A stretch of DNA of 64,000 nucleotides from IMG/VR virus record IMGVR_UViG_3300042554_003148; one strand, given 5' to 3'. This stretch comes from an uncultured virus (IMG/VR IMGVR_UViG_3300042554_003148). Its lineage: Duplodnaviria > Heunggongvirae > Uroviricota > Caudoviricetes. Made by a program: the position numbers and the translations under genes. Under the pieces are notes generated by a model, which was given only the letters and a program-made list of their open reading frames with translations, was not told where the DNA came from and did not search any database. This document shows, in pieces, positions 58,188 to 64,000 of this stretch (positions are counted from its first letter, which is position 1; every line of letters starts with the position of its first letter).

Positions 58188-60167
58188 CTAATGATCTCTA
58201 TAACTTTGTCCTATATTACATTGTTGGTATACCCAACTGATACTACGAGAATATCGTCCAGAATTTGGGTTCCAATTTTCATTATCACTGGATATATACA
58301 CCAAACCTAAAGTTTGTAATGGCTCATTAAATAATGGACTAGAAGAATACGGCCTATGAGCCTCAATAACTTGCTCAATAGCCTTAAATAAATAGTTATT
58401 ATAATGTAATGGACATTTTGGATTATTCAATGATATCTCATCAACTGATGATGCCGGAGGTATGGCTATTTCTATATTAATTGTCTTTTTGGGGGTAGTT
58501 CTTCCGGTTCTTTGTATAATTGGTCCTAATGCTCTGCCAATAACAAAAGTTTCTGCTGTACTATCCACAGGATTATCGTATGATACGGTAATATTTTCAC
58601 TAATAACACCAGGAATCAATAGTTGTTTATTATTAAACTCATAACTATAATTAATTGTGCCTTTTTTTGGATCAAAAGATTCACTAGTAGACACAGGAAC
58701 AGCACTCAATAAATTTTCTGTACTAAATATAGGATTATTTGGTAATGATGGCGGGTCGGTAACATAAGCTGGAATATAAGGAACTTTTCTATCGGAACTA
58801 TTTATTCCAAGACTAGCTCTTCTATATAGATAAGGCTTAATATGATTTGTCCATGCGTTTAACGCATTTTCTATTTTTGTACTTTTAATATTTTGGCTAG
58901 GTGGATATTGAGGTGGTATTGGAAAAGCGGATGAGGCCGTGTCTGTGCTATTATAGGCTTGTGTATTAGTTTTATCCAACATATTATTCGCATAAGATAA
59001 ATCCAATTTTGCATCTATAAGCCCATCATTGCCTATGCCTGTTGGAAGAACGCCACTTTCATGTTCCATTATATCTTGGTTTACGATAGCTAATCCTTCT
59101 ATATTACCAGCAACTCTTACTGTTTTAACATAATCTTCTCCAGTTGAACATTCTATAGTATATGTTTCAGTATATGGGATACCGCTAGGCATAGCTAACC
59201 ATGTATCATTAGCTTCATACGTTCCATTAAAAATATCCATATTTATTGTTCTGTTATGATTAAAAGCAAATAAATTTTGCTCAAATGGTATTTTTATATA
59301 TGGCGAGCTATTTGTTGTGCTTCCACTAAATGTATTTTTTGACATTTTTTCTACCCAAGCTTTGGCGAGAACATACGGCTTGGTATTTTCGTCAAGCAAA
59401 CCAGTAGCACAAATTTGATTTTTAGGGGGCAGTATACCTTTTGCAGATAATCTTCTTGTGATTCTAAATTGTGGAATATTAACAATATTTAGTCCATTTG
59501 ATAATGGCAATCCTAGATTAATAGGATTATTATCATTAAATAAACCAAGATTAGGATTATGAAACTCTGGCCTCATTGATGGAGAAAAAGAAACATTGGT
59601 ATATGATACATCATCCAGTGGCTCAACACTCCAACTATCAGACCTATCCGTTACATATTTTTCTATAACATTATTTGGATCTTCTATTAGACTAGAATTT
59701 GTTTCTAGAGCTATAGTATAGTCTGCGCTTTGAACCCAATTATCGGCCGTATTACTAAATGACATATCCCTGACAGATAATCCACTAATTTCATAAAGTA
59801 TATTATCTTCACATTTAAATTTTAATGTTCCATATGGACAACTAGTAAATAGTTGTTTTAATCCACTAACTCCGGCTATGATTCCACTAAATCCTGGAAA
59901 TGCTTTATCAACATCAACATTAGAAATATTACCTTCAGGAAATCTAAAAATTTTACCATTAAGATTTATGGATGTGACAAGAGTTTCTGGTAAATTATTA
60001 TTATTAGCATTTATACTATAGCTGATATCAACAACTGGTACAGGTCCGGTGATGCTATGGATTGGTATATTGTTATATTCTATAATAATTTTAGGATTAT
60101 TATTAATAGATTGTATCTGATTTAATTCTTCAGAATTTATTCCATTTATATTTAATTGATTAAACAT
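58188..60167 (-). CDS. putative structural (tail) protein
   Basis: 659-aa beta-rich ORF in the operon of giant genes; C-terminal ENWNPNSGRYSRSISWVY. Confidence 0.6.
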   Translation of the reverse strand: MFNQLNINGINSEELNQIQSINNNPKIIIEYNNIPIHSITGPVPVVDISYSINANNNNLPETLVTSINLNGKIFRFPEGNISNVDVDKAFPGFSGIIAGVSGLKQLFTSCPYGTLKFKCEDNILYEISGLSVRDMSFSNTADNWVQSADYTIALETNSSLIEDPNNVIEKYVTDRSDSWSVEPLDDVSYTNVSFSPSMRPEFHNPNLGLFNDNNPINLGLPLSNGLNIVNIPQFRITRRLSAKGILPPKNQICATGLLDENTKPYVLAKAWVEKMSKNTFSGSTTNSSPYIKIPFEQNLFAFNHNRTINMDIFNGTYEANDTWLAMPSGIPYTETYTIECSTGEDYVKTVRVAGNIEGLAIVNQDIMEHESGVLPTGIGNDGLIDAKLDLSYANNMLDKTNTQAYNSTDTASSAFPIPPQYPPSQNIKSTKIENALNAWTNHIKPYLYRRASLGINSSDRKVPYIPAYVTDPPSLPNNPIFSTENLLSAVPVSTSESFDPKKGTINYSYEFNNKQLLIPGVISENITVSYDNPVDSTAETFVIGRALGPIIQRTGRTTPKKTINIEIAIPPASSVDEISLNNPKCPLHYNNYLFKAIEQVIEAHRPYSSSPLFNEPLQTLGLVYISSDNENWNPNSGRYSRSISWVYQQCNIGQSYRDH

Positions 60168-60182
60168 AAAATATGTCCATTA

Positions 60183-63100
60183 TTAAATTGTTGGTACGCA
60201 AGTAGTACTTATATATGTACCTTGTACAGCTGGGTGGCACGGATATATCAATTCATTTGGTTGAGAGCACGAATATCCTTGGTTACAAACACTTTGATAT
60301 AAGACCCATCTATATGCAGTATAAGGAGATGGAAGAGATTCTAAAACAACAGCTACTTCAGAATCATTAGTGCTTGATAATCCCCCATAAACATCACAAT
60401 AATAGTAACATTCCCCAGCATTCACGGGTGGAGGTGGGGGTGGTGGCGGAGGCGGCGGCGGAGGCGACGATGGCTCATTACATCTACTACAATACGATCC
60501 ACTAGGACCATATACATATAATTCTACAACATGTGTTACATTAGCCCTTAATGGAGTTAAGGCACAATTAGGAGCACAATTACCACAATCATTATAGTGG
60601 CAAGTCATATGAGTAATTGTAACAGAGGAGCTTAATGGTAAAGAACTACTGGAGGCGGTGTTTAGTGAATCTTTAGGTAATTGACCTGTCCACGTTACAG
60701 CCACCGGGCCTGAACCACATCCAGCATCTTGATAGTATATTTGGTTAAGAGGTTTGATAAATAATATAGCATTTTGATTGCTTTGTAATATACCTTTTAG
60801 CGAAACTGTTATAGATCCATTTGCATTAGTTACACAATTAAATATACTCAATGGTCCTGTTGCCAATCCTCTTGTTGGGGTCGGAGTTGGAGCAGGAGTT
60901 CTTGTCGGTGTTACAGGATTAGATGATCCGCATGGTCCTGCTAGTACTATACCATTTCCAGAACTATATCGAGGTATATATAATGAGCCAGTAGTCTGAT
61001 CGACATCTAAATGTCCAAGATATTGAGGACCTATTTTGTTAATAATAGATCTGTTCTGCTTAGTTTCTAAATTAACGCCAACAACATAATTATCCGTTAA
61101 ATTATTATTATAGGTTATATAATATCCTACTTTATTATTTTTATCTATCTTTAAGAAATTTTCCACGTTATAAGAGGATCCAAGAAGATCGTTAACTATA
61201 GATATGGTACTTAGTAAAGATGGATTTTGTTGATAATACGAAGTTGATTGATTTAATTCATAAATTCTAATAGAGCTTTGTGATCCGGCCTGTCTAGCAT
61301 CAAATGAATATAATTTATTATTAAATATATATGGAGTAACTGATATCGATCCAGGAGAAAAATTATTTATGGTCGTAACTGCGTATGTCGAACCATCTAT
61401 TATAAACAATGTATGCTCAGGAGAGGCTCCAACATGATTACTAACTACTACATAAATCTTATTATTATTTTCATCAACAGATACATTTCCATTGCCAAAA
61501 AGTTTATTTAACGAAATTGATGTTTCTATAGTATCTGTTGAGCAATTTATAGCTGTTAGGATTGCATTACTATTAGAATCATATCTCATAATAAAAATTT
61601 TATTAGTCACACTATTTATTGCTAAGGCTGATGGATGTATTTTGCTTTGCAAAGATATGGTATTAACTAATGAATCTGTTGATCCATTTATTACCAGTAC
61701 AGAGCCATTATTAGGTGTTCCATAATTTATAAGATAAAGTTTATTTAAAGACTCATTAATTATTAAATTACCGAATTCAGCGCCTGCTGGTCCAGATATC
61801 GAGGATGTTATACTTTTAGTTATACTATTTACAACTCTAATTCTATCACTAATTACATCAACAAGATATAATTTTTTACTACTATTATTAAAGTAACAGC
61901 CATAAGCTTCTGTGGTTGGAAATAATACCTCTGTAGAATGAGTACATTGTGTTAAAGGTAATGGTGACGAAGATGGTGTTCTCGTCGGAGTTCTTGTTGG
62001 GGTAACAGACGGAACAACAGCGGCCACGGTTGATGTTGGAGTGACCGTTATTTGAGGAGTTCTAGTTAATGTTATGCTTGGTGTTGGTGTGGGTGTTGGA
62101 ACAACACATTCATAACCAGAACATCTTAGTGCTACTCTACCAGCATTATTGTATACAGTATCTACGACCCGTGTTCCTGCATTATTAATTTGCATAGTTT
62201 GAAATATATTCGCGCTACGAATATTATCGCTTAGTTTTTCTTTATATATCCAATTATTATTTACATATTCATATATTATTATTCTTTCATTGATAATACT
62301 TATAGGATCTTTATGCATAATTGCTAAAATATTATTAGTTTCAGAAATTGCTGCTCTACCATCCTCATTTGTAGCAAAAATAGATGTGATGGGAGATCCC
62401 TTTAGGGTCCATTGATTATTTATTAGAGTATAAACTTCTACTCTACTTCGTCCGCTAGCCACGAATGTATCATTACTTTTTGCGTCAATATACCATAGTA
62501 TATTACCAGCTGATGGAGAAAAAGATGTACTTATTGTTGCCGATTTAACCCATGCATTATTAATCCAATCATAAACTCTTACTATACCAGTAGTAATACC
62601 AATAAATAATCTACTACCATCAGGACTTAATTTAATATTCGGATAATATCCTACTAAATCAGTAGAATTTTCGCCAAATATTGAGAATCCTTTTTGTGTC
62701 CATGTTCCATTAATAAATTCGTATACTTTAATTTTACCAGCTGTTGCTTGTTCGGCCCCGGTGGAGCCAACATAGTCTGGACTACCAATAGCAATAGTAT
62801 TACCGTCACTGCTCATACTTACAATAGAACCTAGACCCTCCCCAGTATTTATTCCTAATATATCTGAACCTTTTTTAGACCAAGATGTACCATTCCACAT
62901 ATATACAGTAACTTTTCCTTTATATTGTCCAACAGTAGAATATATACTTGTTGAATGTCTTGGTGTTCCTATCGCTACTGTGGTACCAGCAGTATCTGTA
63001 TCTATAGAATCATTACCGCTAAATGCAGTAACAATCTCGGCATTATCTAATGTTATCCTACTAGCTCTTTCGATCCAGGCTGTATTGTTCCAATCATATA

Positions 63101-63998
63101 CTACTACCGTATTAACAAATAATCCAGCTATTGTGGATCCGTTTCTACTTAAAGAATATGTTACTAATCCACGATTACTAAGTTGTGGTTCCAATAGTTC
63201 TCCTAATTGTTTGTAAGAGCATACGGGCAACATAGTTGGTGTTGGAGTAACTCTGGGGGTAGATGTAGGAACAGGAGTTCGTGTTGGGGTAGGTGATGGC
63301 GTTGGAGACGGTACTGCTTGACCTATCGGTAATACGCACACACAATCAATCGCTGCTCCAAAGCAACCACAATTAGCGCATGTGCTTTCAAATCTGATTG
63401 TTGTTGTTGTGCTTGAAGCGGTAAAATCTATTATTTCTGCGATCCATCCCATGCTTTCGTATGATTCAAATGTTGTATTGCTAGGATCAAAAGAGAAATT
63501 ATATTCTTCAGCATAGGTGCCTGTGATAACAACCTTAAATGTTCTTATAACATTAATATTTCCATAATTATTACCAGATTTTTTAAATGATAGTCTATAA
63601 ACACCATTTACAATCGTTGGTATATTTTGTTCAATATAACCAGGACTACAAGAATTTAAATCAACCCATACTTTAATTGGTTGATTTGTCCCATAGAAGT
63701 GCAACGAATGAACATCAACATTATTGGTTACCCAATTAGCTGCTGTTCCTAAATTCATTGATGGTACACTAATCTCGAAATCACCATTAACAACCAAATT
63801 ATTAGCACAAGATGGACAATCAGGAACCACCGGTATAGTAATTGGTGGAGGACAAACAAAGTTAGTATCGATTTCTTGACCACGTCCAGATGATGTTGCA
63901 CTAGACGGATCTGGTAAATTATTGGATTTGGTGGCATATGTAAAATATGCAGCATTAGCGGATCCGCCAGAATAGTATGCCGCTTTATACCATTCATT
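60183..63998 (-). CDS. modular fibre/adhesin, 5'-truncated by the window edge: FGE-module tail, DUF642-like domain, FG-GAP-like propeller, YVTN-like propeller, Cys-rich tip
   Basis: The frame stays open upstream of 63830 to the edge ([12 protein letters not shown]...YATKS). NLVVNGDFE...GAAIDCV, PT linkers and poly-Pro13 at 60426-60464. Confidence 0.8.
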   Translation of the reverse strand, partial: NEWYKAAYYSGGSANAAYFTYATKSNNLPDPSSATSSGRGQEIDTNFVCPPPITIPVVPDCPSCANNLVVNGDFEISVPSMNLGTAANWVTNNVDVHSLHFYGTNQPIKVWVDLNSCSPGYIEQNIPTIVNGVYRLSFKKSGNNYGNINVIRTFKVVITGTYAEEYNFSFDPSNTTFESYESMGWIAEIIDFTASSTTTTIRFESTCANCGCFGAAIDCVCVLPIGQAVPSPTPSPTPTRTPVPTSTPRVTPTPTMLPVCSYKQLGELLEPQLSNRGLVTYSLSRNGSTIAGLFVNTVVVYDWNNTAWIERASRITLDNAEIVTAFSGNDSIDTDTAGTTVAIGTPRHSTSIYSTVGQYKGKVTVYMWNGTSWSKKGSDILGINTGEGLGSIVSMSSDGNTIAIGSPDYVGSTGAEQATAGKIKVYEFINGTWTQKGFSIFGENSTDLVGYYPNIKLSPDGSRLFIGITTGIVRVYDWINNAWVKSATISTSFSPSAGNILWYIDAKSNDTFVASGRSRVEVYTLINNQWTLKGSPITSIFATNEDGRAAISETNNILAIMHKDPISIINERIIIYEYVNNNWIYKEKLSDNIRSANIFQTMQINNAGTRVVDTVYNNAGRVALRCSGYECVVPTPTPTPSITLTRTPQITVTPTSTVAAVVPSVTPTRTPTRTPSSSPLPLTQCTHSTEVLFPTTEAYGCYFNNSSKKLYLVDVISDRIRVVNSITKSITSSISGPAGAEFGNLIINESLNKLYLINYGTPNNGSVLVINGSTDSLVNTISLQSKIHPSALAINSVTNKIFIMRYDSNSNAILTAINCSTDTIETSISLNKLFGNGNVSVDENNNKIYVVVSNHVGASPEHTLFIIDGSTYAVTTINNFSPGSISVTPYIFNNKLYSFDARQAGSQSSIRIYELNQSTSYYQQNPSLLSTISIVNDLLGSSYNVENFLKIDKNNKVGYYITYNNNLTDNYVVGVNLETKQNRSIINKIGPQYLGHLDVDQTTGSLYIPRYSSGNGIVLAGPCGSSNPVTPTRTPAPTPTPTRGLATGPLSIFNCVTNANGSITVSLKGILQSNQNAILFIKPLNQIYYQDAGCGSGPVAVTWTGQLPKDSLNTASSSSLPLSSSVTITHMTCHYNDCGNCAPNCALTPLRANVTHVVELYVYGPSGSYCSRCNEPSSPPPPPPPPPPPPPVNAGECYYYCDVYGGLSSTNDSEVAVVLESLPSPYTAYRWVLYQSVCNQGYSCSQPNELIYPCHPAVQGTYISTTCVPTI

Positions 63999-64000
63999 TT

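Noticed and set aside
63755..63997. 80-aa minus-strand ORF from the track
   Set aside because: It overlaps out of frame with the real fibre ORF, whose frame carries the conserved NEWYKAAYY motif.
1..64000. Stop-codon reassignment, as in some jumbo phages
   Set aside because: Conserved genes and multi-kb ORFs are intact in the standard code, and TAA, TAG and TGA all end genes at sensible positions.

Overview
A 64 kb segment of an AT-rich (roughly 30% GC) large tailed-phage genome with tightly packed genes in the standard genetic code. I saw no rRNA, tRNA, CRISPR array, integrase or transposase. The plus-strand arm (1-43044) begins with a membrane/lysis-like cassette built around a papain-family peptidase. 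Next come giant Thr/Pro-linker fibre/adhesin proteins, two of them followed by a sulfotransferase-like or RgpF-like gene. A nucleotide-metabolism block follows (dCMP deaminase, class Id-type RNR, MazG-like protein, PhoH). The replication block holds RecA, DnaB, primase, dNMP kinase, a Cas4-like nuclease with a Gly-start class 3 intein, SSB, and DNA polymerase III alpha split into two intein-free genes around a DEDDh exonuclease. Then come an 8-gene operon of one intact glycosyltransferase plus apparently degenerate glyco-enzyme folds, a homing endonuclease and a Rad52/Sak-like annealase. The minus-strand arm (43045-64000) holds very large, probably structural tail/baseplate/fibre genes. The most notable observations are the split DnaE with an embedded proofreader, the pseudo-enzyme glycosylation operon, circularly permuted FGE/SUMF1 lectin-fold modules, the class 3 intein, the class Id RNR signature and a recurrent intergenic TGGTGTAT promoter-like motif. 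All family assignments come from motif recognition by eye; no database searches were run.
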